The position numbers and the translations under genes were made by a program. DNA of 33,124 bases from the NCBI GenBank assembly GCA_027593235.1, contig JAQCIU010000033.1:1-33124 (forward strand), read 5' to 3'. Shown here piece after piece: positions 18,504-27,756 of this stretch; positions within the stretch are counted from its first letter, which is position 1, and each line of letters opens with the position of its first letter. Under the pieces are notes generated by a model that was not told the DNA's origin, did not search any database, and worked only from the letters and a program-made list of their open reading frames with translations. Origin of the DNA: Chloroflexota bacterium. Lineage in GTDB: Bacteria; Chloroflexota; Dehalococcoidia; UBA2979.

Positions 18504-19046
18504 ATGACCGTCTACGCAGCGCTGCTCCGAGGGATCAATGTCGGGGGGCACCACAAGGTGCCGATGGCGGATCTCCGCGCCACCTGCGAGGGCTTTGGGT
18601 TACGAAACGTCTCCACCTACATCCAGAGCGGCAATATCGTCTGCACGAGCGACCTGCCCGAGGACGAACTCGCCGGCGCGCTCAGCGACTCGCTCGAGGC
18701 CCGCTTCGGGTTCGCCATCCCGCTGGTGCTGCGCAACGCCGAGGAACTGGCCCGGGCTGCCACGACACACCCGCTCGCCCACCTCGATGTCGAGGAGAAG
18801 CTGCTTCACGTTGTGTTCCTGGCGTCGACGCCAGCGCAGGATGCTGCCTCCGGCTTCGACGGGGCACGGTATGCGCCCGACGAGTTGGTCGTGCAGGGAA
18901 GGGACGTCTATGTCGGTTACCCGAACGGATCTGGTCGTTCGAAGCTGACCCTCGACGTGATCGAACGAGCATTCGGCGCGCCCGCAACGGCGCGGAACTG
19001 GCGCACGGTGCAGCAGCTCGTCGAAATGACCCAGGCGATCAGCTGA
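18504..19046 (+). CDS. DUF1697 domain protein
   Basis: YAALLRGINVGGHHKVPMADLR, TYIQSGNIV, GSGRSKL, ATARNWRTV. Confidence 0.92.
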   Translation: MTVYAALLRGINVGGHHKVPMADLRATCEGFGLRNVSTYIQSGNIVCTSDLPEDELAGALSDSLEARFGFAIPLVLRNAEELARAATTHPLAHLDVEEKLLHVVFLASTPAQDAASGFDGARYAPDELVVQGRDVYVGYPNGSGRSKLTLDVIERAFGAPATARNWRTVQQLVEMTQAIS

Positions 19047-19101
19047 GCCTCGTAGCCCAGCCGGCGTCGGCTCTGTTGTCGAGGTCGGCGGCGGGGCCGC
19101 G

Positions 19102-20442
19102 CTAGTCGCCGGCCGTTGCTCCCGCCAGCGCCCCGGCACGTTCAAGCCAGGCGTCGTCTCGCGCCGACGGACGCCGGCTCAGCCGCTCCTCGAGGATCGC
19201 GACCGCCCGTTCGCCCTCGCCAGCGCGCAGCCACGCCTCGATCAGCGTGTCCTCGAAAACCTCGCGCTGCGCGTGGCTGCCACCGAGGCGCACGACCTGA
19301 TCCGCCACCGGCTCCAGAATCTCGGCGGCTCGCTGGTAGTCCTCGCGGGCGAAGGCCTCAAGGCTCTCGGCGATGCTCGGGACCATCTCTCCGGCCCGCG
19401 CCTTGCCCGACCGCTCGTGCTGCCAGAGCGCCTCGCTCAGCCGCTCCAGCGCGGCGGCGTCACCGCAGCCCGCGTACGCGAGCGCGTTGTGCGCATCGGC
19501 GAACTGGTTGCCCGGCTTCGGGAACGCGGACGACGCCAGCTCCGCGACTGGCTCCCACGGCAGCTCGCGATCCGGATCGGAGAGCTGCACGCGCCAGAGG
19601 AATGACGCCGAGTCCATCAGCGTCCCCAGCGGTGCGAGGTCGTCGACGCCCGGACGAATGTGCTGCTCGTACGTCTCCAGCGCCCCGGACAGATCGCCGT
19701 TCTGGAGGCGGAACAACGCGTAGTGCCACTGGATGTGGCGGTGAAGCTGTGCCTTCGAGGCGAAGCCCGGCAGCCACTGTGCCAGGTACGTCGCGCCCTC
19801 GGCGGCCTGCCCGGTCTCGAACTGCACGTGCGCCATCGTGTGCGCGCCGTTGCCGCTCCGTGGCTGCAACTCCAGCGAACGCTCGATCAGCGGCCGCGCC
19901 TCTTCCGGACGCCCGGCCTCGTTGTGCGCGAACGCGTAGCTGGAGAGGAACCACCAGTCGTCGCCGTATGCCTCGGCGTAGTTGTCCAGGAACGCGAGCT
20001 GTTCCGTGTTCCGCTCCTGGCGGCCGCTGAAGCCGATCAGCCCGAGCACGCTCGATGCCGGTGACAGGATGAACGCGTCGCGTGGGAACTCGGACAGGTG
20101 CTCCCGGACGCTCGCCAGCGCCGTCGGCATGTCGTCGTTGATCACGGAGTTCATCGCGGCTACGTGCCCGCGTTCGCGGCGGCCCAGCCCCGCAGCCAGC
20201 GCAGTCGCCCGCGCGATCGTCTTCTTCGCCTGCGCCGGTTCGCCTCGGAGCTGACGCATGCGCGCCATCCCGGCGTAGCCGAGCGCGAAACCCTCGTCCG
20301 CCTCCACCGCCGCCTCGAACGCCTCGGGGGCGCCGACATCGGCCGCGAGCGTGAGATCGACCGCCTCGACATAGCGGGCGGCCGCCTCTGGTGAGGCGGT
20401 GGAAATCTCGTAGCCGTACCGGTCCATCGTCACTGCGGGCAT
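19102..20442 (-). CDS. Tetratricopeptide repeat protein (TTC38-like)
   Basis: HLSEFPRDA, YAFAHNE, GAHTMAHVQFE, HIQWHYAL, DSASFLWR, LGGSHAQREVF; GAGGAGG RBS. Confidence 0.88.
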   Translation of the reverse strand: MPAVTMDRYGYEISTASPEAAARYVEAVDLTLAADVGAPEAFEAAVEADEGFALGYAGMARMRQLRGEPAQAKKTIARATALAAGLGRRERGHVAAMNSVINDDMPTALASVREHLSEFPRDAFILSPASSVLGLIGFSGRQERNTEQLAFLDNYAEAYGDDWWFLSSYAFAHNEAGRPEEARPLIERSLELQPRSGNGAHTMAHVQFETGQAAEGATYLAQWLPGFASKAQLHRHIQWHYALFRLQNGDLSGALETYEQHIRPGVDDLAPLGTLMDSASFLWRVQLSDPDRELPWEPVAELASSAFPKPGNQFADAHNALAYAGCGDAAALERLSEALWQHERSGKARAGEMVPSIAESLEAFAREDYQRAAEILEPVADQVVRLGGSHAQREVFEDTLIEAWLRAGEGERAVAILEERLSRRPSARDDAWLERAGALAGATAGD

Positions 20443-20561
20443 CGCGGTTCCTCCTCACCCGATTCTAGCCGCGCCTGCCCGTCACGCGCTGTCGGCCGGA
20501 CGAACGACGCCGATGCTTATGGTGACCGTGGCTCAGGGAGAACCCCTACACTCTGGATCCG

Positions 20562-21842
20562 ATGCTCGAAACAGCCGCCCAGCTCACTGCCGCGACCGCG
20601 GATACCTCCGAGGTCGAATGGCAACTCGACGCGTCCGATCTGGACGCTGTTGAACGCTGGCTGTCCTCATCGGAACCGCACGCCGGCCTCACCGCCCGCC
20701 CGACCGGGCGCAAGCTGATCGTCGATCACTACGTGGATACGTCCGATTTGCGGCTCTATGCCGCCGGCTTCGCCGCGCGGCTCCGCGGTGCGAACGGCAA
20801 GTCCGAGGCGACGCTCAAGTCGATCGTGTCGGACGGGGATCCGGACGCCGGCCTGCGCCGCCGTCTCGAACTGAACGAGCCGATTCGCTACGCCTTGCTG
20901 CACAGCCTCGCCAACGCCCGCGGCCCCGTCGGATCCCGGATCCGCCAGCACGCCGCCGTGACCGACCTGCGCGTCCTCTTCACCGTCCGCACCGACCGCC
21001 GCACCGCGATCGTCTCCTCCGAGGGCCGCGACGTCGGCGAGGTCGCCCTCGACGACACCACCATCGAGGCTGGCGATCGCCGCGCCTCGATTCGTCGCGT
21101 CGAGGTCGAGGCGCTCGGCCCCAACCTCGAGGACGTACTCGCGCCCTTCGTCGAGCAACTCCGCGCGACCCATGACCTGCTCCCCGGGACCAGCTCCAAG
21201 TTCGGCGGCGGCCTCACGCTCGCCCACGAAGCCGGCATCATCGAGGGTGCCATCCCCACCCCGGGCGTTCCTACGGAGATGCGGCCCGCGGTGTCCGCCC
21301 CCCTCGATACGCCCCAGTTACCGAGGCTCTACGACACGCTCGCCGTCCTCGCCGAGGCCGCACCCGCCGATCTGCCGAAACGGGCGCTGCGCCCCGCGTC
21401 CCGCGAGCTGCCGAGGATCCTCAAGCGCCAGTTCCGCGCGTTCGACGCGCGCGTGCGCCAGATCGAAACCACCGCCGATCCCCCGGCGACCCTGCTCCAC
21501 GAAACCCGGATCCGCGCGAAGCGCCTCCGCTACGCGGCCGAATTCGCTACACCGCTCTACGGCAAACGCGCCGTCGCGCTGGTCAGCGCCCTCAAGGGCG
21601 CCCAGGACACCCTCGGCCTCCACCAGGACGCCGAGGTGGCAATCGCGGACCTCCGGACGCTGGCGTCCAGCCCAGGCGCCGCGCTGCCCCCGGCAACTCT
21701 CTTCGCGATGGGCGAAATCGCCGAGCGCTACCGTCACGCGCAGCGAGCCCAGCGCGACGAACTTCCCGCGGTCATCACCGCCGTCCGCCGTCGCTGGCGA
21801 CGGCTCCGTTCGACCATGCAGACACGACAGGAGACCGCGTGA
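20562..21842 (+). CDS. CYTH domain + (half) CHAD domain polyphosphate-binding protein
   Basis: EVEWQ, DHYVDT, ARLR, ATLK, EVALDDT, RVEVE, SKF (CYTH); LHETRIRAKRLRY, QDTLGLHQD (CHAD). Confidence 0.88.
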   Translation: MLETAAQLTAATADTSEVEWQLDASDLDAVERWLSSSEPHAGLTARPTGRKLIVDHYVDTSDLRLYAAGFAARLRGANGKSEATLKSIVSDGDPDAGLRRRLELNEPIRYALLHSLANARGPVGSRIRQHAAVTDLRVLFTVRTDRRTAIVSSEGRDVGEVALDDTTIEAGDRRASIRRVEVEALGPNLEDVLAPFVEQLRATHDLLPGTSSKFGGGLTLAHEAGIIEGAIPTPGVPTEMRPAVSAPLDTPQLPRLYDTLAVLAEAAPADLPKRALRPASRELPRILKRQFRAFDARVRQIETTADPPATLLHETRIRAKRLRYAAEFATPLYGKRAVALVSALKGAQDTLGLHQDAEVAIADLRTLASSPGAALPPATLFAMGEIAERYRHAQRAQRDELPAVITAVRRRWRRLRSTMQTRQETA

Positions 21843-22345
21843 ACTTGCTGCTGATCCGCCACGCTATTGCCGAGGTCGCTGACAGTACCCGTTGGCCCAA
21901 CGACGCGGATCGTCCGCTCACACAGCGTGGGATGAAGCGCTTCCGTGCCGCTGCCTCCGGCCTCGGCACGCTCGTCCCCGCGGTCGATCGATTGATCACC
22001 AGCCCGTTCGTCCGCGCACACCAGACGGCGACCATCCTCGAGGACCAACTGCGCGACTGGCCGACGGTCAAGATGCGCCCGCACCTCGCCGCTGGGGCAC
22101 CGCTCGCTGGGGCGGTCGCGCTCCTCGCGGATTGCGGCGAGGACGAGACAGTCGCCGTCGTCGGGCACGAGCCGGCGATGTCACTGCTCGCCTCCGCCTA
22201 TGCCACCAGCCCGGGCGCCAAGCTCATGCTTGACTGGCGTCGCGGTGGCGCGGCGCTGATCACGTTCGAACGCACCGCGGCCGTCAACGCCGGCCGCTTG
22301 GTCTGGTTCCTGCCGCCGCGCGTCCTGCGCGCCCTCGGCGACTAG
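21839..22345 (+). CDS. sixA: SixA phosphohistidine phosphatase
   Basis: LLIRHAIA, DADRPLT, TSPFVRAHQTA, VVGHEP; GTGA overlap with the CHAD gene. Confidence 0.88.
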   Translation: MNLLLIRHAIAEVADSTRWPNDADRPLTQRGMKRFRAAASGLGTLVPAVDRLITSPFVRAHQTATILEDQLRDWPTVKMRPHLAAGAPLAGAVALLADCGEDETVAVVGHEPAMSLLASAYATSPGAKLMLDWRRGGAALITFERTAAVNAGRLVWFLPPRVLRALGD

Positions 22346-22378
22346 GCGCGCTCCCGAGCGGACAGCCCGTCCGCGGCG

Positions 22379-23956
22379 CTAGCGAACCTCGACCGCGAGG
22401 CTGCGGCCGAATGCGCCCTCTACCCGCGCGATCACCGCGTCGGGCAGGTGCCCGATGCTGCTCGGCACCGAGAGACGGATCTCCTTCTTCGTAACCGTCG
22501 CTTCCAACATCGCGAAGGCCGCCGCCGGGAGCCGGCGGTGCAGCTCGAACGCCAGTGCCAGCGCCGCCGCCGCGAGGTCTAACTGGCCGCGCTCGTCGGC
22601 CGAGAGCAGCGGCGCGAACCGATGGACATCGAACGTCGGCTCTTCCAACAGCCGCAACAGCGCCGCAAGCTCCGCGATCATCAGGTGCGAGAACCCCGCG
22701 AGGTCCGTCGTGATCACGATCCCCGCCGCCACCTGTTCGCGGTTGTAGAAGTCGATCGCCGCGCCCGCATCCACCATCACCGCCGCGTAGCCAATCAGCT
22801 CCCGCAGGTTCCCCCCGACGGGGTCACCAGCGCGCTCCAGTAGCGTCAGCGCCGCCCGCGCCCGCCGTTCTCCGGCCGCCAGGTCCAACCCGGCGAAGCG
22901 CCCCGTCAGCGCCCGCATCGAGGCAGCGCGGATCGTCAACGGATCCGGCAGCGCGCTCTCCAGCTCCGGTGGCGGCAGTTCACCCAGCGTCGCCCGCATC
23001 ACTCCCTCGCGCAGCCCCTGACCGGACACCACCAGCGACCGCGCTTTCAGGGTGCTCATGATCGTTTCCAGCACCGTCACGCCGGCGACGATCGTCTCCG
23101 CTCGTCCCGGGTTCAACCCGGACACCGCGCCGCGGTCGGCGGCGCGTAAGCCGCGCAGCAGAGCGCCCACCTTCGCCACCCGGCTCCGCCGGATCTCGTA
23201 GCCGTGCAGTCGCGGCACCGGGTAGACGCGACTCCGGCGGCGCCGGTCGATCTTCGCCACGTTCCGGATCGCGCCGCCCGTACCGATCAAACGCTCGTCC
23301 CGACGCAACGTCGGGATCGCGGAGTCGCGAAGCGCCTCCTCGGTGGCGGCGCGTAGCGCGTCGTACTGCGCCTCGGTCGGCGGATCGTCCAGCAAGAACC
23401 GCCCGCCGGCCCGCAACGTGCCGAGGGGAAACGACCACAGCTCCGCCACGCGGCGGTCTCGGAAGCGCGCGATCTCCACGCTCCCGCCGCCGATGTCGAC
23501 CAGCATCCCGTGGTCGACCGGTAGCCCGTGCACCGCACCCAGGAACGCGTAGTGCCCCTCGAGCGCACCATCGACCAGCCGCACCTCAAGGCCAAAGGTG
23601 TCCCGGATGCGCTGTAGGAACTCCGGTCCGTTCTTCGCATCACGCAGTGCCGAGGTGCCGACCGCAACGAGGTGCTCTGACCCCGCCGCCTTCGCGATCA
23701 CCAGGAAGTCCTCGATCGCGGCGGCCAGTCGGTCGTAGGCCGCCTCGGAGAGGTACCCGTCGTCGCCCAGCGCGGCGCCCAGGCGTAAGGGGAGCCGTAA
23801 CTCCTCCACCACCTCCAGGTGGCCGCCAGCACGCGGCTGGATCACCACCGCGCGACCGGAATTCGATCCCAGGTCGATTACCGTCGTGCGGCCCGCGATC
23901 GGTGGTTGGCTGAGGTGAGATTCGTTGATGGGGTACTCCAGGTCACCGGAAGGCAC
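22379..23956 (-). CDS. ppx: Ppx/GppA exopolyphosphatase
   Basis: VIDLGSNS, VGTSALRDAKN, DIGGGSVE, SFPLG, IGTGGAIR, GLREG. Start is uncertain. Confidence 0.9.
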   Translation of the reverse strand: MPSGDLEYPINESHLSQPPIAGRTTVIDLGSNSGRAVVIQPRAGGHLEVVEELRLPLRLGAALGDDGYLSEAAYDRLAAAIEDFLVIAKAAGSEHLVAVGTSALRDAKNGPEFLQRIRDTFGLEVRLVDGALEGHYAFLGAVHGLPVDHGMLVDIGGGSVEIARFRDRRVAELWSFPLGTLRAGGRFLLDDPPTEAQYDALRAATEEALRDSAIPTLRRDERLIGTGGAIRNVAKIDRRRRSRVYPVPRLHGYEIRRSRVAKVGALLRGLRAADRGAVSGLNPGRAETIVAGVTVLETIMSTLKARSLVVSGQGLREGVMRATLGELPPPELESALPDPLTIRAASMRALTGRFAGLDLAAGERRARAALTLLERAGDPVGGNLRELIGYAAVMVDAGAAIDFYNREQVAAGIVITTDLAGFSHLMIAELAALLRLLEEPTFDVHRFAPLLSADERGQLDLAAAALALAFELHRRLPAAAFAMLEATVTKKEIRLSVPSSIGHLPDAVIARVEGAFGRSLAVEVR

Positions 23957-24027
23957 CGCACGGGTTGATTGCCGCCGGAAAACGGTAGCCCCGCCCCCAC
24001 GCGCGGTCGAATACCCCGCGCGAGCCC

Positions 24028-24801
24028 TTAGCGCGGAAGCGGCCCAAGTCGCGCCTCGAGGGCCGCGCGCACCGTCTCCAGCACCACCAGCCGGGAGTGG
24101 TTCTTGTTCTCAGCTGAGACCAGCGTCCACGGCGCACTCGCCGTGTGTGTTCGGCGCAGCATCTCCTCGACCGCCGGCTCGTAGGCCGACCAGAGGTTGC
24201 GGTTTCGCCAGTCCTCCGGCGTGATCTTGTACTCCTTGAATGGATCGGCCTCGCGCGCCTCGAACCGGCGCAACTGCTCCTCTTGCGAGATATGCAGCCA
24301 GAACTTCACCAACACCGTGCTGTTGTCCACCATGCCGCGCTCGAATGCCGCGATCTCGCGGTACGCCCGCTCCCAGACCTCGGGCGGCGTCAGTTCCTCG
24401 ACGCGTTCCACGAGCACGCGTCCATACCAGGACCGATCGAAGATCGCGATCTGGCCGTACTCCGGCATCCGCGTCTGGAACCGCCAGAGGTAGTGATGAC
24501 GCAGCTCGTCGCCGCTCGGCGCGGCAGTCGGGTGGACGCGCAGGCCGCGCGGATCGAGTCGGCCGGTCAGCCGCCGAATCGCCCCACCCTTACCCGCGGC
24601 ATCGACACCCTCGAAGACGATCACCACGGGGCAGTTCGCGGCGTCGCGGAGCTGAACCTGGTAACGCAGCAGCTGGAGCTGCAACGTCTTCCGTCGCTTC
24701 TTGTATTCCTTGTCGTCGACCGCCAGCGTCGGGTCGAAGTCGGTCAGCGTGGGGACGTGATCCAGTGCTGTCGATGCGCCGTTGGCTGCTCGCTCGCTCA
24801 T
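24028..24801 (-). CDS. ppk2: Polyphosphate kinase 2 family protein (single domain)
   Basis: FEGVDAAGKGG, LDPRG, HYLWRF, FDRSWYGRVLVERVE, KFWLHIS, EDWRNR. Start ATG 24801 or GTG 24810. Confidence 0.92.
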   Translation of the reverse strand: MSERAANGASTALDHVPTLTDFDPTLAVDDKEYKKRRKTLQLQLLRYQVQLRDAANCPVVIVFEGVDAAGKGGAIRRLTGRLDPRGLRVHPTAAPSGDELRHHYLWRFQTRMPEYGQIAIFDRSWYGRVLVERVEELTPPEVWERAYREIAAFERGMVDNSTVLVKFWLHISQEEQLRRFEAREADPFKEYKITPEDWRNRNLWSAYEPAVEEMLRRTHTASAPWTLVSAENKNHSRLVVLETVRAALEARLGPLPR

Positions 24802-25075
24802 CGCCGCCACCGTGTCTGAAGTGGATCAGGAGCCTGACCGCCCGCGACCGGCTGACCATCGAATGTTGCGCGCGTCCGCCCGGGGATCGGCTCCGAGGAC
24901 GCGACGGCCCCGACGTTCTCCGTTGGATGCGGCATGGAGCCTCCCGCGATCACGTTCCAGCGGGCGTCTGGCCCCGCGATCCGTACTGCCAAGATATCGC
25001 GCAGGTCTCCGCCAGTGCTGCTACGCGCCCGCTGGAACCCTCGGTAGGGAACCCACCATCAACGGTGACCGAGGA

Positions 25076-25930
25076 ATGACCGACGATCTCCGTATGCCAC
25101 AACAACTGCCGGTGCTCCCACCGGCGCGCGCTCGCGTACTCACGATCGTTTCCACCCCGGCGCCCGATCCGCACGAGGTCACCTCGATCGTGCGCTCGGA
25201 TCCCGCGCTGGCCGCTGCCGTGATGCGCGCTGCGAACTCCGCGTGGTCCGCGCCACGGGCCGCCGTCCGCACCGTCGAGCGCGCGGTCATCCGCATTGGA
25301 CCGCGCGAAACGCTGCAGATCGTTGGCGCCGCCGTCCTCAGCTCGACCTTCGACGACCTCGGTGAGGCCGGCCTGGACGTCGATGAACTCTGGCGACACG
25401 TGGTCGCCACCGCGCTCCTCGCGGAATTGTTGATCGAACCGGACGCGCCGCGCGACATTCGCGCCGCCGCCTATAGCGCGGGGTTGCTGCACGACATCGG
25501 ACGCCTCGGCATGGCTGCCGAGCGACCGGAGGACTACGCCCGCGTTGTCGAGCGCGTGCGCGCGGGTGCGCCGCCTCAGGAGGCGGAGCACCGCGCCTTC
25601 GGCGCCGCGCACACCGTGCGCGGTGTGGAGGCGGCGGAAGCATGGAGCATTCCCACGGTCATTCACTCCTCGATTCTCGGCCACCACGATCCGCCGGAGC
25701 ACCTGTCACCGCTCGCGCGTGCCACCGCCCGCGCCGTCCAGATCGCCTGGCGGCTGGGGATCGGCGATGGCGTGCAACTGCACGGTGGCGACGAGGACGA
25801 GTCCCTGACCGCCGAGGACGAGTGGGTGCTTTCCAAGATCGGCGGCCCGGACATGCTCCACGCCCGCGTCGAATGGTTCCGTAGCGCGATGCGGCCCGCC
25901 GCGAGCGCCGGCGATCGGCGTGCGAGCTAG
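25076..25930 (+). CDS. HDOD domain signal transduction protein
   Basis: LPVLP, DPALAAAVMRAANSA, LWRH, AGLLHDIG, EHRAFGAAH, W..P, HHDP; start ATG 25076. Confidence 0.9.
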   Translation: MTDDLRMPQQLPVLPPARARVLTIVSTPAPDPHEVTSIVRSDPALAAAVMRAANSAWSAPRAAVRTVERAVIRIGPRETLQIVGAAVLSSTFDDLGEAGLDVDELWRHVVATALLAELLIEPDAPRDIRAAAYSAGLLHDIGRLGMAAERPEDYARVVERVRAGAPPQEAEHRAFGAAHTVRGVEAAEAWSIPTVIHSSILGHHDPPEHLSPLARATARAVQIAWRLGIGDGVQLHGGDEDESLTAEDEWVLSKIGGPDMLHARVEWFRSAMRPAASAGDRRAS

Positions 25931-25932
25931 CG

Positions 25933-26361
25933 TCAGCCCGCCGCGCGCTCCTCGGAGCGGCGCCTCAAGCCGGCGGCGAATTGATCGAACGATGGCTGCA
26001 GATCCGGCATCGTGCGCCAGATCAGCGGCAGCAGCGGCCCCGTGAACTCCTCATGCATCGAGAACGCCGTACCAGCCCCGTCAGCGCTGAGCGTGAACGT
26101 TCGCACGCCCGTGAACAGCCCCAGCGGCATGCCACCGCTCCAGACCATCTGACGGTTCTCCTGGAGGGTGCTCACGGTCACCGGAAAGGCCCGCTTCGGA
26201 CTGATCGCCGAGAACACCTTGATCTTCGCACCGGCCGCAATCTCGCCCTCCACGCGCACGACACCGGAGTCCCACTCTGGGTACGCACCAGCGTTGGTCA
26301 ATACTGCCCAGACCGTCTCCGGGACGGCATCGATCTGGATGCTCGCGTCATAGGACTTCAT
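25933..26361 (-). CDS. SRPBCC (polyketide cyclase/START-like) protein
   Basis: IDAVPETVWAVLT..YPEW, WSGGMPLGLFTG.RTF, EEFTGPL. Confidence 0.88.
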   Translation of the reverse strand: MKSYDASIQIDAVPETVWAVLTNAGAYPEWDSGVVRVEGEIAAGAKIKVFSAISPKRAFPVTVSTLQENRQMVWSGGMPLGLFTGVRTFTLSADGAGTAFSMHEEFTGPLLPLIWRTMPDLQPSFDQFAAGLRRRSEERAAG

Positions 26362-26419
26362 CGCGGGACCCTCTCAACATCGGGCGTGGACACCGCTGCA
26401 CCGTAGCGATCGCCGAACT

Positions 26420-26435
26420 GTAACGCAACGGCTAC
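26420..26435. promoter_or_regulatory. Putative ArsR operator between the divergent SRPBCC and arsR genes
   Basis: Imperfect palindrome GTAAC-N6-GCTAC. Confidence 0.4.
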
Positions 26436-26462
26436 CGTAATCCGCGTGCTACGATCCCGCCG

Positions 26463-26846
26463 ATGCAGCAACCAGCTCACGAGGGCGATCCCTTCGGCGC
26501 GCTCGGCGATCAGAATCGCCGCTCGATCGTCGCGATCCTCGCACGCGGCGAACAGTCCGTGCAGGAGATCGCCGATCAGATGCCGATCAGCCGGCCGGCC
26601 GTCTCGCGGCACCTCCGGCTGCTCCACGAGGCCGGGCTCGTCAGCGTTCACACCGAGGGCACGCGTAATCTCTACCAGCTCGACGATCTCGGGGCCGCCG
26701 CCGTACGCACCTTCCTCGAGCAGTTCTGGGGGGAAGCGGCCGCCCGCTTCACGCTGACGGCCGAGAACACGGCCGGGAACCCCACGCCCCGGAACCCGAC
26801 GGCTCAACCTCCGCCGAGACAGACTGTCCTGCGGCCTCGTGGCTGA
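26463..26846 (+). CDS. ArsR/SmtB family transcriptional regulator
   Basis: FGALGDQNRRSIV, SVQEIA, ISRPAVSRHLRLLHEAGLV, GTRNLY, FW. Confidence 0.92.
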   Translation: MQQPAHEGDPFGALGDQNRRSIVAILARGEQSVQEIADQMPISRPAVSRHLRLLHEAGLVSVHTEGTRNLYQLDDLGAAAVRTFLEQFWGEAAARFTLTAENTAGNPTPRNPTAQPPPRQTVLRPRG

Positions 26847-27297
26847 GCCAATTGCGATCGAGCCGCTTCGGATCGACTTCACTGTCCGCTGCTCGGCCGC
26901 GCACGCCTTCGCGACCTTCACGCGCCGGACGACGCTGTGGTGGCCCCGGACGCACTCGTTCTCCGGCGATCCCGCGCTGCAGGTGGTCATCGAACCGCAC
27001 GTCGGCGGCCGCATCTTCGAGCGCACCGCCGCCGGTGACGAACTGGACTGGGGCGAGGTCACCGTCTGGGATGAGCCGCGCAGCCTCGGCTACTGGTGGC
27101 ACCTCGGAACTGAGCTGGCACGGGCGACCCACGTCGCCATCGAATTTGCGCCCGACGGCCCAGATACGACCGCGGTCCACATCCTGCACACCGGCTGGGA
27201 GGCGCTCGGCGACGACGCGCAACCGTGGCGGGACCGCAATCAAGCGGGCTGGGCTGGTGTGATCGACCCGTTCATCGCCGGCTGTGCCACGCAATAG
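26839..27297 (+). CDS. SRPBCC/AHSA1-like protein
   Basis: AFATFT..WWP..HS, EPHVGGRIFE, WGEVTVWDEP, HTGWE, GW. Overlaps the arsR stop. Confidence 0.9.
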   Translation: MAEPIAIEPLRIDFTVRCSAAHAFATFTRRTTLWWPRTHSFSGDPALQVVIEPHVGGRIFERTAAGDELDWGEVTVWDEPRSLGYWWHLGTELARATHVAIEFAPDGPDTTAVHILHTGWEALGDDAQPWRDRNQAGWAGVIDPFIAGCATQ

Positions 27298-27306
27298 CGA
27301 GTTGGC

Positions 27307-27464
27307 GGGACGACTCGGGTGTACCTCAGGTGCGAATCGTAAGAACGACCGAGCCCAGGCTGTCTGCGACGGGAACCGCTGAACGCCGTCGGTGAGGGTT
27401 CCTGAGACTGTTTCCGGGCCAATACAAGGCCCAACACAAGAAGAGATGGCCCGTCGGCCGTCCC
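27307..27464 (-). ncRNA. Candidate structured RNA / 3' trailer of the small-peptide transcript
   Basis: Nested stems 27307-27314/27457-27464 and 27325-27330/27401-27406, with hairpins at 27337-27348, 27367-27391 and 27416-27432. Confidence 0.35.
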
Positions 27465-27485
27465 TTCAGTCAATTCCTAGCGTGA

Positions 27486-27515
27486 CTACCAGGCGATCCC
27501 ACGGATCTTACGCAT
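27486..27515 (-). CDS. Putative 9-aa signalling peptide MRKIRGIAW
   Basis: GGGAG RBS 6 nt before ATG CGT AAG ATC CGT GGG ATC GCC TGG TAG, about 45 nt downstream of a consensus promoter. An alternative in-frame ATG at 27539 gives MADEWEYDMRKIRGIAW. Confidence 0.6.
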   Translation of the reverse strand: MRKIRGIAW

Positions 27516-27565
27516 GTCGTACTCCCATTCGTCTGCCATAAGAATGGCTTGTCTAGACGAGTAGG

Positions 27566-27594
27566 AATCTAAATGTCCCCCGGATCGGTGTCAA
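27566..27594 (-). promoter_or_regulatory. Sigma70-type promoter
   Basis: Minus strand TTGACA (27594-27589) - 17 nt - TAGATT (27571-27566). Confidence 0.75.
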
Positions 27595-27756
27595 CCCGTT
27601 CAGAGTGATTACTGACAGAGTTTGCATCGATATCAGCGACATAATGCAAGGTACGAGGAAGAAAAAGGGCCTGATCGTTGCCAGTAACCATAACGGGTGA
27701 GTCAGAAAAAGCACAGAGACGCATCGAGTAGGCGGAGGGCAATTCGGCGGCGCGAA

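Noticed and set aside
27307-27464. c-di-GMP riboswitch, hammerhead ribozyme, tmRNA or SRP RNA identity
   Set aside because: Core motifs are absent (c-di-GMP-I GGCAAACC...GCAAAG, hammerhead CUGANGA, tRNA-like ends, SRP GGAAG/GCAGC). A 6S-like identity fits poorly but was not formally excluded.
27240-27473. 77-aa TTG-start ORF in the peptide trailer
   Set aside because: Weak start, atypical codon use, overlaps the SRPBCC 3' end; better explained as RNA structure.
27486-27515. MRKIRGIAW as a Trp attenuator leader peptide
   Set aside because: Only one Trp codon and no downstream same-strand gene to regulate.
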